From the NCBI GenBank assembly GCA_965247115.1, contig CBDFGR010000003.1:2144001-2208000 (forward strand): a stretch of DNA of 64,000 nucleotides. Reading direction: 5' to 3'. Below, in pieces: positions 51,307 through 60,303 of this stretch. The notes below the pieces were generated by a model that was given only the letters and a program-made list of their open reading frames with translations, was not told the origin of the DNA and searched no databases. A program made the translations under genes and the position numbers. Source of the DNA: Myxococcota bacterium (lineage in GTDB: Bacteria > Myxococcota_A > UBA9160 > SZUA-336). Position 1 is the stretch's first letter; each line of letters starts with the position of its first letter.

Positions 51307-51741
51307 CTACAAGACCTGACCGTGAGAGAACTCGCAGGTGTTGCCGCTGGGGTCGCGAACCATGGCGAAGTAGCCCACGATGGGTCCCGCATCGGTGGGG
51401 CCGTACTTGAGGCGACCCTCGCTTCGCGCGAGTGCGGCGATCTCGTCAACCTCTTCTCTCGAGCTCACGTCGAAGCCGAAGTGGTCCGTCGCGTTGGGCT
51501 CTGGCAGCGACTCGTGTGGCATCTCGAGCACGACGATCACGAAGTCGGGATCATCGCTCCGGTGGGCGAGCCAGGCTACATGGATGCCGTCGTCCTCGCG
51601 CTCGTGCACGATACGCAGTGCTGCGTAGCGTTGGTAGAAGTCGAGCGACTCCTGCATGCGGGTCGTTCGAATCGCAATATGGGTCATCCGCGCCGGCCGC
51701 TTCAGCGCGACGGACCGTGCTGCCTGCTTGCCCTCACTCAC
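51307..51741 (-). CDS. VOC/glyoxalase family protein (start GTG 51741 or ATG 51687)
   Basis: THIAI..SLDFY, DHFGF, RDPSGNTCEF. Confidence 0.85.
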   Translation of the reverse strand: MSEGKQAARSVALKRPARMTHIAIRTTRMQESLDFYQRYAALRIVHEREDDGIHVAWLAHRSDDPDFVIVVLEMPHESLPEPNATDHFGFDVSSREEVDEIAALARSEGRLKYGPTDAGPIVGYFAMVRDPSGNTCEFSHGQVL

Positions 51742-52876
51742 GTGGTACCTTCTCGCCGCGCTCAACATCGGTGAGGCGGAGCATGGGCCGGAGCGGGCTC
51801 ATGCCGTCGTGATTCCAGTCGATCGGGGGCAGCTGCATGCGGCCTAGCGGACAGATGCGCGACGCTCCCGAAGCGGTGGCGATCGCCGCGAGTTCCATGT
51901 CACTCTCCCATCCGCTGTGTCCAATGGAGGATAGGTGAGGTGAGAGCTCCTGGCAGCGTTCTCCGAGCTCGGCCACGCTCCGGATGGCAACGACGCGCGC
52001 GAACCGAAGCGCACCAGGTGACGGCAGCGGACCGCCAGCGTCGTATGCGACGGTCCAGCTCGTAGAGCCTTCGGACACCCAGACTCGGCTCTCCGGTCGC
52101 AGCGCGGCAAACGCACGCTGCTCGCGGATGTGCGCCTCTTCGGCCAGGTCGAGCGAGGGGCGGGGAAGCGTGCTTTCGCAGTCAGCGAGGGCGCGCGCCA
52201 GATCGGCGGCGAAGGACTCGGCTCGCCCCGCTGGCTCGTCCAGCAACAGCGCATAGGCGGGCGATAGACAGCCGCGGCCGTCCCAGAGCGATAGGTCTAG
52301 CGCCAGGTCCACTGCGGCCTCCGCAACACTCACATGTGTACCGATCGCGGCGAGCGAGAGCTTGTGCCCATAGCCCACGAACGGCAGCGTGGTTGGCACG
52401 CGGCGGCGGACCGCCTCGAGCGTCTCGTCGCTCCCGTGAGCGACCAGGCAGTCGACCTCTCGGAGCAGCTCGTCCTCCGGCGCGATCCGTATCACCTCGG
52501 ACAGTCCGGCCTCGGCCAACGTATCCCTGAACAGGGCAGGGGTCAGCGGATCGCTCGAAGATGGCTTTGCCCAGACCGCCGAGCCGGTCAGGAGCGGCAG
52601 CAGCAAGGCGGCGAAGGTTGCCGTCGGAACGGAGCCGGCCAGCCAGACGCCGGTCAGGCCAGGGACCCAGGCAGGCTCGACGAGCTCGCGCTCGCGCAGT
52701 GCCGCGAGGACATCGCGCGTCCAGTGCTCGACTCCACTGCGCACGCCGAGCGTGATGACCTCGGGCGAGAAGCCGCCGTGCTCGTCCGCGAGCCGGCGCA
52801 ACCAGGGCGAATCGGGGGCGCGCCACAGCTCGAGCGCGCGATCCAGCCGACGGACGAGCTCGGTGGGGGCGAGCAT
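51734..52876 (-). CDS. LuxC-like acyl-CoA reductase
   Basis: WAKPSS, AHGSDET, VGYGHKLS, WDGRGCLSP (catalytic Cys), RICPLGRMQ.P..W.HDG. Confidence 0.85.
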   Translation of the reverse strand: MLAPTELVRRLDRALELWRAPDSPWLRRLADEHGGFSPEVITLGVRSGVEHWTRDVLAALRERELVEPAWVPGLTGVWLAGSVPTATFAALLLPLLTGSAVWAKPSSSDPLTPALFRDTLAEAGLSEVIRIAPEDELLREVDCLVAHGSDETLEAVRRRVPTTLPFVGYGHKLSLAAIGTHVSVAEAAVDLALDLSLWDGRGCLSPAYALLLDEPAGRAESFAADLARALADCESTLPRPSLDLAEEAHIREQRAFAALRPESRVWVSEGSTSWTVAYDAGGPLPSPGALRFARVVAIRSVAELGERCQELSPHLSSIGHSGWESDMELAAIATASGASRICPLGRMQLPPIDWNHDGMSPLRPMLRLTDVERGEKVPRE

Positions 52877-52878
52877 GC

Positions 52879-53967
52879 TCAGCGACCCGCGAATAGGGCG
52901 TCGGCAGCGATCGAGCAACCGCGCTCCTCAGCGCCCTGGAGGCGCCCCAGTACCTCGAAACCGTCGTCGCTGCGCAGCCCGAGGTCCGAGGTCTGGACTG
53001 CGAGCACCGAGCCGGTGTTTGCGAGATCGTAGTGCACGAGCACGCCAGTCTCCCCGGCGGGCACCTCCTGCCAGGTCGCGGGATCGAGCACGCGCGTGCG
53101 GACCCAGGGTGGAACGCGCTTCGTTTGCGTGGGTCGCCCCGTCAGGAGCGTAGCCTCGTAGAACTGGCTGCCCAGCTCGCACATGCCGTACTGGTTGACG
53201 ATTGCCGCCATCGGAACACCGAGTGCGGTCGAGATGCCGGTGTGGAGCTCCACCCTCGTCAGCTCGCGGGAGCGGCCCTTGAAGCCGCCCGTCTCCATGA
53301 CGCGCGATCCCTCGGGGAGTGCCAGGCGCACGCCGCGCCTCTCGAGCTCGTCGAGCAGGTGGACGAAGGAGAACGCGGTACCCACGACGGCGGCCGGCCC
53401 ATCCAGCTTGCCCAGGTCCGCGATGGCTCGCTCGGGATCCCAGCCGTGCTGTGTGACGTAGAAGGACGGCTCTCCTCGGCCGAGCTCGCGGGCCGCGCGC
53501 TCGAACATGTAGGACAGGGAGGAATCCGGGGCTTCGGTTGCGGACGGAGCCAGGACACCAAAGCGCAGGCGTTCGGCACCCCGGCACACGTAGGTTCCGA
53601 ACGTTGCCAGCAGCGAGGCGTCGTAGAGCTCGAGCGTGTCCAGATGGAGAGCGCCGCGTGCGGCGCTCGAGCTTCCGCTGGTCCGGAAGGTGCGGACCTC
53701 CTGCTCCTCGGGGAAGGTCGCGAGTCGCGCCTGCTTGAAGGCCCCGGTCGGAACCGCGGGGATGTCGGACCAGTGCTCGATGTTGGCTGGGCTCCGGCCA
53801 AAGGAGTCGCAGAGCACCCGGTACGCCTCGCCTGACTCGTACTGGTGCGCGAAGAGCTCGAGTGCGAGCGTGCCAAAGCGCCTGTCCGCGGCCGCGCGAT
53901 CGGTGACTGAGTCGACGCCCTCCGCGATCCAGGCCAGGATGCGCCGCTCGACGGCTCTCCGGCTCAT
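52879..53967 (-). CDS. LuxE-like acyl-protein synthetase
   Basis: IPAVPTGAFK, FRTSGSS, METGGFKGR, YGMCELGSQFY, DLAN..QTSDLG..LGR..ERGCS. Confidence 0.88.
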   Translation of the reverse strand: MSRRAVERRILAWIAEGVDSVTDRAAADRRFGTLALELFAHQYESGEAYRVLCDSFGRSPANIEHWSDIPAVPTGAFKQARLATFPEEQEVRTFRTSGSSSAARGALHLDTLELYDASLLATFGTYVCRGAERLRFGVLAPSATEAPDSSLSYMFERAARELGRGEPSFYVTQHGWDPERAIADLGKLDGPAAVVGTAFSFVHLLDELERRGVRLALPEGSRVMETGGFKGRSRELTRVELHTGISTALGVPMAAIVNQYGMCELGSQFYEATLLTGRPTQTKRVPPWVRTRVLDPATWQEVPAGETGVLVHYDLANTGSVLAVQTSDLGLRSDDGFEVLGRLQGAEERGCSIAADALFAGR

Positions 53968-55223
53968 GCGTGCAGGTGCGCCACCAGTCGATCCGTGGCG
54001 CGGTCGAGGAGCTCCTCGGAGATCGTCAGAGGCGGGGTCAGGGAGAGCACGCGACCCTCGACCCCCTCGGCGAGCAAGATCCAGCCTTCGCTGAGCATTG
54101 CCGCGACCACGCGCTGTGCGACAGCGGCGGTGTCGAGCTCGATCCCGAGCATGAGCCCGCGGCCGCGCACTTCGCGGACGCACGGCGCGTTGCCCAGCTC
54201 TCTGTGCAGCCGTTCGAGCAGGCGCGCGCCAACCCGGGTCGCACGCTGCGGGAGCCGGTCGCGCTCCAGGATCTCGAGCACCGCAGCGGCGACCCTGCAG
54301 CCGACGGGATTGCCGAGGTGGGTGCTCGTGTGGACGGCCTCTCCCGACGACGCTCTCCAGGCGCGCATGACGTGCTCGCGACCAACGCAGGCGGAGATGG
54401 GAAAGCCGTTGCCAAGTCCCTTTCCCAGCGCCACGACGTCGGGTAAGACGCCTTCGTGCTCGCAGGCCAGCCAGGAGCCCGCTCGACCTAATCCTGTGTA
54501 TACCTCGTCCACGACAAGCAGCGTGCGGGACCCATCGGCAAGCTCCCGCAGCTCGCGCAGAAAGCCCTGCGGAGGAACCACGCAGCCGCCACGCCCCTGG
54601 ATCGGCTCTACCAGGATGGCTCCCACCTCCCCGGCAGCGAGCGCCTCACGCACGGCCTTCGCATCGCCGTAGGGGACGAAGCGGGTGCGGCCGGGAAGCC
54701 GCGCCTCGAAGGGGGCGCGAAACAGCCGGCGGTGTGTCGTGTCGAGGGCGCCGAAGCCGAGGCCGTGATAGGCGCCCTCGAATGCGATGACGTCGGGGCG
54801 TCCTGTTGCGACAAGAGCCGTCTTGAGCGCGGATTCCACTGCGTCGGAGCCCGACGAGGAGAGGATCGCGCAGCCCAGGTCTCCCGGCAGGATGCGGGTC
54901 AGCGCCTCGAGCAGCTCGACCTTGACCCTTGCCGGGTACACGTCGCCCATGGCGTGGGGCAGCTCACCTGCCTGCGCGCCCCAGACCGTCGTGATGGCAG
55001 GGTGCGCGTGTCCGAGCGCTGCAACACCGAAGCCGGACAGCAAGTCCACGTAGCGATTCCCGTCCACGTCGATGACATTGGCGCCGCTCGCGCGCTCCCA
55101 GAAGATGGGTCCGTCCGAGAGGCACGTGACTTCGGGGCACTCCACCTGTGCGAGCCGAACCCCCAGGGCCTTCGAGCGGGGTCCCGGTACGGGTGTGCAG
55201 ATCTCGGGAAGGAGGTCGTTCAC
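53964..55223 (-). CDS. Class-III PLP aminotransferase
   Basis: DVDGNRYVD, SGSDAVESA, YHG, EPIQGRGG, VDEVYTGLGRAG, LGKGLGNG. Confidence 0.9.
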   Translation of the reverse strand: MNDLLPEICTPVPGPRSKALGVRLAQVECPEVTCLSDGPIFWERASGANVIDVDGNRYVDLLSGFGVAALGHAHPAITTVWGAQAGELPHAMGDVYPARVKVELLEALTRILPGDLGCAILSSSGSDAVESALKTALVATGRPDVIAFEGAYHGLGFGALDTTHRRLFRAPFEARLPGRTRFVPYGDAKAVREALAAGEVGAILVEPIQGRGGCVVPPQGFLRELRELADGSRTLLVVDEVYTGLGRAGSWLACEHEGVLPDVVALGKGLGNGFPISACVGREHVMRAWRASSGEAVHTSTHLGNPVGCRVAAAVLEILERDRLPQRATRVGARLLERLHRELGNAPCVREVRGRGLMLGIELDTAAVAQRVVAAMLSEGWILLAEGVEGRVLSLTPPLTISEELLDRATDRLVAHLHA

Positions 55224-55235
55224 TGGCTACTCAGG

Positions 55236-55886
55236 CTAGCTGATACGGGGCGAGGTCGCGCTGGCCAGGCGCTGGGCGCGTCGGAAGACCGCTCGCCACA
55301 TCGGACGGGTCAGGACACCGGTGTTCGTGTTCTGGCGGGACGGGTGGTAGCTCGACAGGAGCGGAGGGTGGCCGTCGACGCGGTGGATCGTGGCATGGCC
55401 GAACGGGTAGCGCTTGCGCGGGAGGGCCTGCCAACAGCGCAACACTGCCATGTGTGCGATCGCGCCCAGCGCGAGCACGACGCGCACGGACGACAGTAGG
55501 GCGAGCTCCTGCTCGAGCCAGCCGAGACAAGCAGCCTGCTCGGCGCCGTTCGGACGATTGCCCGGTGGGACGCACTTCACCGCGTTCAGCACGTACGCGC
55601 CTCTGAGTGACTTTCCGTCCCAGAGCTGCTGACGCTCGAGCTCCCCGTAGAGCCACTCGCCCGACGCGTCCAGCCAGAATGGCCGCCCGGAGCGATTCGC
55701 ACCGTGCAGGCCGGGGGCCAGGCCCACGATCGCGAGCCAGGCGCTCCGATCGCCGAAGCCCGGGACGGGGTTGTTCCAGTAGTCGGGATAGCGCTGACGC
55801 AGCTCGCCGAGATAGGCGCCCAGTCTCGGACAGCGACGGCAGCTCGGTATCTCTCGTTCGAGACGACGCAGCGCCGCGCCGCTCAT
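55236..55886 (-). CDS. Uracil-DNA glycosylase (family 5, UdgB-like)
   Basis: CRRCPRL, VGLAPGLHGANRSGRPF, NAVKCVPPGNRP, SYHPSRQNTNTG. Confidence 0.9.
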   Translation of the reverse strand: MSGAALRRLEREIPSCRRCPRLGAYLGELRQRYPDYWNNPVPGFGDRSAWLAIVGLAPGLHGANRSGRPFWLDASGEWLYGELERQQLWDGKSLRGAYVLNAVKCVPPGNRPNGAEQAACLGWLEQELALLSSVRVVLALGAIAHMAVLRCWQALPRKRYPFGHATIHRVDGHPPLLSSYHPSRQNTNTGVLTRPMWRAVFRRAQRLASATSPRIS

Positions 55887-55887
55887 C

Positions 55888-56439
55888 TCACTTGAGGAGT
55901 GCCTGGACCGACTTGAAGCTCGGGTGATCTGCGCTGCGCATGCACTCGAGCAGGATGCACTCGACGCTGCTACCGATGGCGCCGGAGCGCAGCAGCTTGT
56001 CGAGCGCAAGCGTGTGCTCGCGCTCGCTCCGGGCAGAGACGGCATCGACCGCCAGGTGGACAGAGCTCCCGCGACCGAGCAGGTCGTGCACCGTCTGATT
56101 GATGCAGGCCTGAGTCTCGATGCCCACAACGATGGCCTGGGAGCGCTCGAGCGTGGCAATGGTTTCGAGCAGCCCTGGGGCGCCCAGCGCCGACATCGTG
56201 CGCTTCTCGAAGCCCGGAACGCTGCCCAGGGCGTCCAGCACCTCTGGGGCCGTGGGTCCGAGGCCCTTCGGATACTGCTCTGTATAGAAGATAGGGAGCT
56301 CCAGCATGTGCGCGGCCCGGATCAGGACGCAGGCGCGCTCGACCGTGCGTTTCCATTCGAAGAGCTTGTCCCGATACGTTTCCTGCAGATCGACGACGAG
56401 GACGTAGGCCTGAGCGGAGTCGACCACATTTTCGTGCAT
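55888..56439 (-). CDS. Isochorismatase family hydrolase
   Basis: VVDLQE, TEQYPKGLGPT, EKRTMS, GIETQACINQT. Confidence 0.9.
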   Translation of the reverse strand: MHENVVDSAQAYVLVVDLQETYRDKLFEWKRTVERACVLIRAAHMLELPIFYTEQYPKGLGPTAPEVLDALGSVPGFEKRTMSALGAPGLLETIATLERSQAIVVGIETQACINQTVHDLLGRGSSVHLAVDAVSARSEREHTLALDKLLRSGAIGSSVECILLECMRSADHPSFKSVQALLK

Positions 56440-56522
56440 CTGGAGTGCACCTTACGTGCAGATGGGCCCGAGCTCAAGCTCGGAGGGGCTGGCGCCGATG
56501 ACATGCAAACGGAGGATCTGCC

Positions 56523-56822
56523 ATGCGCTCGCTCGGATTTGCAATCGTGGCCGCTTCCCTGGTCTTCAGCGTGGGAGGCGTGAGCGTTCGGGCCGGAGAT
56601 GCCGAGTCGTCGGAGCTGGCCATCGAGAACGGCGCTGCGGACAGCTGTCAGGTTCCAGAGGCGCCGACCACGCGCACCATCCAGATCAATCCGCTCCGGG
56701 GTGCGACCGCGCGCGCGAAGAACGTGTTCGTGCTCAACTCGCGCGGGTACAACTACCTGCGTCCCGGAGAGCTGCCGGTGCTCGAGCCGGGCGGCGACCC
56801 GCGGGAGAGTCCCGAGGACTAG
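56523..56822 (+). CDS. Small exported hypothetical protein
   Basis: GGAGG RBS, signal peptide, conserved-looking LNSRGYNY. Confidence 0.65.
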   Translation: MRSLGFAIVAASLVFSVGGVSVRAGDAESSELAIENGAADSCQVPEAPTTRTIQINPLRGATARAKNVFVLNSRGYNYLRPGELPVLEPGGDPRESPED

Positions 56823-56846
56823 CCCACCCGAGGTGAGATCCTCGGG

Positions 56847-57365
56847 CTAGAGACCGCGGCGCGAAGCGCCCAGACCGCGGCGCGCAGCGCCCAGACCGCG
56901 GCGCAGCGCCCGGTACAGGAGGAGCTGCCCCGCGACGAGCCCGGCCAGTGCGGGCACCAGCGATTCCGCCCAGATCAGCCGGAGCGCTGCGGCGAGCAGC
57001 AGCGGAGCTGCGCCGGTCCAGAGCGAGAGCCGTAGCCGCTGGAGCTCTCCGAGCGGGCTGAGCCCGCCGACCCGTCCCAGCCCGAACGTACTCACGAGGT
57101 GAAGCAAGGCGAGTCCGCCGGCAGTGCTCCAGTCCGGCACCGCCAGAGCCAGCGCGACCAGCCCAAGGAAGAGGCCTATCCGCCCGCCCCGGCGAGCTCC
57201 GAGTACCCTGCGCTGGGCAACGGGCTCGGCGCGGCAGACGCCGAGCAGGAGCCCAGGCACCTCACTCGCGCGCAGGAAGACGCGCCGCGGTGGCGCCTCC
57301 TTCTTCAGGTGGCTGCTCTCGTCCCCTGTCGGGACCGACGGATCTGAGCGCCCCACCCCCTCCAC
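56847..57365 (-). CDS. Hypothetical membrane protein (start uncertain), C-terminus encoded by a 21-bp tandem repeat
   Basis: Hydrophobic segments; AGACCGCGGCGCG(A/C)AGCGCCC about 3 times at 56851-56912. Confidence 0.45.
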   Translation of the reverse strand: MEGVGRSDPSVPTGDESSHLKKEAPPRRVFLRASEVPGLLLGVCRAEPVAQRRVLGARRGGRIGLFLGLVALALAVPDWSTAGGLALLHLVSTFGLGRVGGLSPLGELQRLRLSLWTGAAPLLLAAALRLIWAESLVPALAGLVAGQLLLYRALRRGLGAARRGLGASRRGL

Positions 57366-57435
57366 GAATCGTGCCCTCCGCTGGTTCGAGTCTGCGGGCT
57401 TTCGGCGCGGGATTGTAGCCCGTACTTTGTGAGAC

Positions 57436-58740
57436 ATGGCCCTTTCGCAGCCCCCCCGGAGGCCCTCAGTGGAGCGAACACACGTACTGATCGCGGGTGG
57501 GGGCATCATCGGCTCGGCGATTGCCTGTGCGCTCGTCGAGCGTGGGGTCGGGGACGTGTGCGTCGTCGACCTCGACCTCCAGGGCACCTACGCCTCGTCG
57601 GAGCTGAACGCGGGCGGTGTGCGCGCCACCTGGTGGCAGGAAGTCAACATTACGAGCTGTCTGGACACGCTTGCCTTCTTCGAGGACCACGCGGAGGAGT
57701 TCGGCTTGCGCCAGGCCGGCTACCTGTGGCTCTACGACGACCGGGAGCTGTTCGCGAAGGCACTCCGCCGCCACTCGCTGCAGGAGCGTCTGGGTGTCGA
57801 GGTCGAGATGTTGTCCGCGGGCGAAGTCGCTGCTGGGTTCCCACTGCTCGATCGCAACATGGACGAGCTGATCGGCGCCACGTTCTCGAAGCGGGACGGG
57901 CTGATCAATCCGAACGCGGTGCGCTCGTACTACCGAAGGCGCGCCGAGGCTGGCGGAGCGCGCTTCCTGAACCGTCACTACATCGAGGGAGTCGAGGTCA
58001 CGGAGCGCGAGCCGGGTGTGCGCCAGGTCAGTCTGGTGCACATCGTGGAAGTCGCGAAGGGGGACGTCGCTGACGAGAGCCACGCCATCCACCGCATTCT
58101 TACACAGCATCGCGTAACGCCAGAGATCGCGGTCGATCACCCGTCGATCAAGCCAGAGTTCTTCATCAACGCGCTGGGAGCCTGGAGTCCCGTGCTCTCC
58201 TCAAAGCTCGGCGTGCTCGATGTGGCGCTCCCCGTCCGGCGCCAGATCGCGATGGTCGACGTGCGCGCGCGCGATATCCGAGAAGAGGTGAACCTCGGGT
58301 CGCTGGGCATGATCGTCGATCCTTCTTGCCTGTATTTCCACCCCGAGGGTGCCTACCTCCTTGCGGGCTATTCGGAGCCCGCCGAGCCCTCCGGCTACGC
58401 CTTTCACTACGACGGGGACGAGTACTTCGAGCAGCAGCTCTGGCCCCGCCTCGCTCATCGCGCGAGCACGTTCGAGCGCTGTGGTCACGTGCGCGGCTGG
58501 GCCGGCCTGTATTCCGTCACGCCGGATCGCAGCGGCATCGTCGGGCTTGTGCCGGGCTTCAGCAACCTGATCGAATCGCACAGCTTCACTGGTCGGGGGG
58601 TCATGCAGTCTCGGGCCATCGGCCGGGGCGTTGCGGAGCTCGTCGTGGGTCAGCGGTTCGAGACGCTGGACCTGTCTCCTCTTGCCAGCAGCCGCTTCCT
58701 CGGAGACGGCCCGCTCGTCACCGAGGATCTGCACATCTGA
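57436..58740 (+). CDS. FAD-dependent oxidoreductase (DAO / sarcosine-oxidase-beta / FOXRED1-like)
   Basis: IAGGGIIG, SELNAGGVR, WAGLYSVTPD, FTGRGVMQS. Confidence 0.88.
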   Translation: MALSQPPRRPSVERTHVLIAGGGIIGSAIACALVERGVGDVCVVDLDLQGTYASSELNAGGVRATWWQEVNITSCLDTLAFFEDHAEEFGLRQAGYLWLYDDRELFAKALRRHSLQERLGVEVEMLSAGEVAAGFPLLDRNMDELIGATFSKRDGLINPNAVRSYYRRRAEAGGARFLNRHYIEGVEVTEREPGVRQVSLVHIVEVAKGDVADESHAIHRILTQHRVTPEIAVDHPSIKPEFFINALGAWSPVLSSKLGVLDVALPVRRQIAMVDVRARDIREEVNLGSLGMIVDPSCLYFHPEGAYLLAGYSEPAEPSGYAFHYDGDEYFEQQLWPRLAHRASTFERCGHVRGWAGLYSVTPDRSGIVGLVPGFSNLIESHSFTGRGVMQSRAIGRGVAELVVGQRFETLDLSPLASSRFLGDGPLVTEDLHI

Positions 58741-58753
58741 GCAGGCTGGGGTC

Positions 58754-59569
58754 TCAGCGCAGCCCGAGAATCAGCTTCCCCTCGAGCTCTGCCAGGTCGA
58801 TCCGATAGGTTCGTTGCAACGCGCGGTCCACGCTGTTCGTCTGGGTGATGCGTTTCAGCAGGCGTCCAAGCGAGTCCGCACCCCGCTGCCTGACGAGCAG
58901 CTCGACCGCGGCATAGGACTCGAGGTAGGCGAGCCGCGCCCTCTCCGACTCGAGGTGTCCGAAGCTCGGGGGCCCGAGCTCTGCGAGCGGGATCCACTGA
59001 TCCTTCGCGTGTGCGTCGCGAAGGGCCGCGTACTCGCCGAAGCTTGGAGTGCGCCTGCCGAGTGCGAGACGTTCGAAGTACCCTGCGATTCCCTCGTTCA
59101 GCCAGCCGGGGAAGCTCCCGCGCGGGGATGCGGCGTCGAGCGTAGCGTGCACGAACTCGTGATGGAGCGTGCCTGTCAGCTCCGCGCTGACATTCGTCGC
59201 ACCGCGGACATGGATCACCCCATCGTAGAAGCCTGCGGCCTGGAATCGGAACAGGCCATCGTACTGGCGCCCGAAGAGCTCGGGATCCCAGACAACCACT
59301 TGCACCGCGCGCGGGGGAGCGACGCCCAGGCTGCTCCGCACGTCGCGGTAGGCGTCTTCCAGAATGTCGAGAACGCGTTGCTCGAAACGTCGGGACCCGT
59401 TCCACCCCGTGTAGCGGTCGATTCCGACATCCTGATAGAGCACGAAGTGAAGAGAGCGGCGCTCACTGAACTCACCGTCCGCTCCGCCCCCTGCAGCGAT
59501 CGACCCCGGGCTCGCACAGATCAGGATTGTCACCAGGCTCCCAGCAACCTGACAGGCGGCTCGATGCAT
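58754..59569 (-). CDS. Exported peptidase MA-like (gluzincin) protein
   Basis: LHHEFVHA..PGWLNEGIAGY..AYLES. Confidence 0.8.
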   Translation of the reverse strand: MHRAACQVAGSLVTILICASPGSIAAGGGADGEFSERRSLHFVLYQDVGIDRYTGWNGSRRFEQRVLDILEDAYRDVRSSLGVAPPRAVQVVVWDPELFGRQYDGLFRFQAAGFYDGVIHVRGATNVSAELTGTLHHEFVHATLDAASPRGSFPGWLNEGIAGYFERLALGRRTPSFGEYAALRDAHAKDQWIPLAELGPPSFGHLESERARLAYLESYAAVELLVRQRGADSLGRLLKRITQTNSVDRALQRTYRIDLAELEGKLILGLR

Positions 59570-59704
59570 CGCGTCACGATAGCAGGATCCCTCGGGCGCT
59601 CTTGCTTTTGCGCAGGTCGATGGTATTGACGACTGCCGCGCATGAAGCGCGTCGAATCGGTGTCGCGCCGGAGCGCAACCAATCAGGGGAGAGGAATCAC
59701 AGCA

Positions 59705-59932
59705 ATGGCAGCCAGGAAGAAGGCGGCAGGACGGAAAAAGGCGGGGCGGAAGTCGGCCGCAGGGGGGCCCATGATCATCTCGAAGTCACGCGTCAAGGCG
59801 GCGGCGAAGAAGTGCAACGTGGGAGCTGCCTTCTATGATGCGCTGGAAGACCGGGTTCGGGAGTCGATCGCGAGCGCCGAGGATCGGGCCATCGCGAACG
59901 GCCGCAAGACCCTGCGTCCGCAGGACGTTTGA
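59705..59932 (+). CDS. Prokaryotic histone-fold protein (HMf/DUF1931-like) with basic N-terminal tail, 75 aa
   Basis: IISKSRVKAAAK..NVGAAFYDALEDRVRESIASAEDRAIANGRKTLRPQDV; purine-rich RBS (GGGGAGAGGA) upstream. Confidence 0.82.
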   Translation: MAARKKAAGRKKAGRKSAAGGPMIISKSRVKAAAKKCNVGAAFYDALEDRVRESIASAEDRAIANGRKTLRPQDV

Positions 59933-59993
59933 CGGCCCGGGCGTAGCCCTGGACTCCGCGGGCGGTCTCGCCCGGCGGCGCGGCCAAGAAAAA

Positions 59994-60023
59994 AGCCGGC
60001 GGACCCCTCAGGGTCCGCCGGCT
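59994..60023 (-). terminator. Intrinsic terminator hairpin; U-tract on minus strand, possibly bidirectional
   Basis: 13-bp perfect stem AGCCGGCGGACCC/GGGTCCGCCGGCT, preceded on the + strand by AAGAAAAAA. Confidence 0.75.
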
Positions 60024-60044
60024 CTCCCACGGACGAGCGCTGCT

Positions 60045-60212
60045 CTATTGCGCAGGGATTACAGGGAATGCAGGAACTGCGCGGAGATGCGCGGCCTCGC
60101 GGGGTTCGAGCACCGAGCCGACCGGGAGAGGGGCTGGGGCGGTCTCACACGTCCACGGGAGTCCGTCGCGGCTAGGTCTCGCGCGAAACTGGAGGGGCTC
60201 TCTGATCATCAT
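60045..60212 (-). CDS. Candidate 55-aa small ORF, below the ORF-track cutoff
   Basis: MMIREPLQFRARPSRDGLPWTCETAPAPLPVGSVLEPREAAHLRAVPAFPVIPAQ*; stop lies ~20 nt before the minus-strand terminator. Confidence 0.3.
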   Translation of the reverse strand: MMIREPLQFRARPSRDGLPWTCETAPAPLPVGSVLEPREAAHLRAVPAFPVIPAQ

Positions 60213-60303
60213 GGACTGTGTACCTGGTCCTCTATCAGAGGTACGATTCGCAGTGTTGCGCGGTTACGGCGGGGGGGAGTAACCGAGGGCGAGGCACGGA
60301 CGT

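Noticed and set aside
51734..53967. Bioluminescence (lux) operon
   Set aside because: No luxA/luxB luciferase or luxD in the window; LuxC/LuxE homologues occur widely without light production
56851..56912. 21-bp tandem repeat as a phase-variation or contingency locus
   Set aside because: Only about 3 degenerate units at the extreme C-terminus of a hypothetical gene; most simply local slippage
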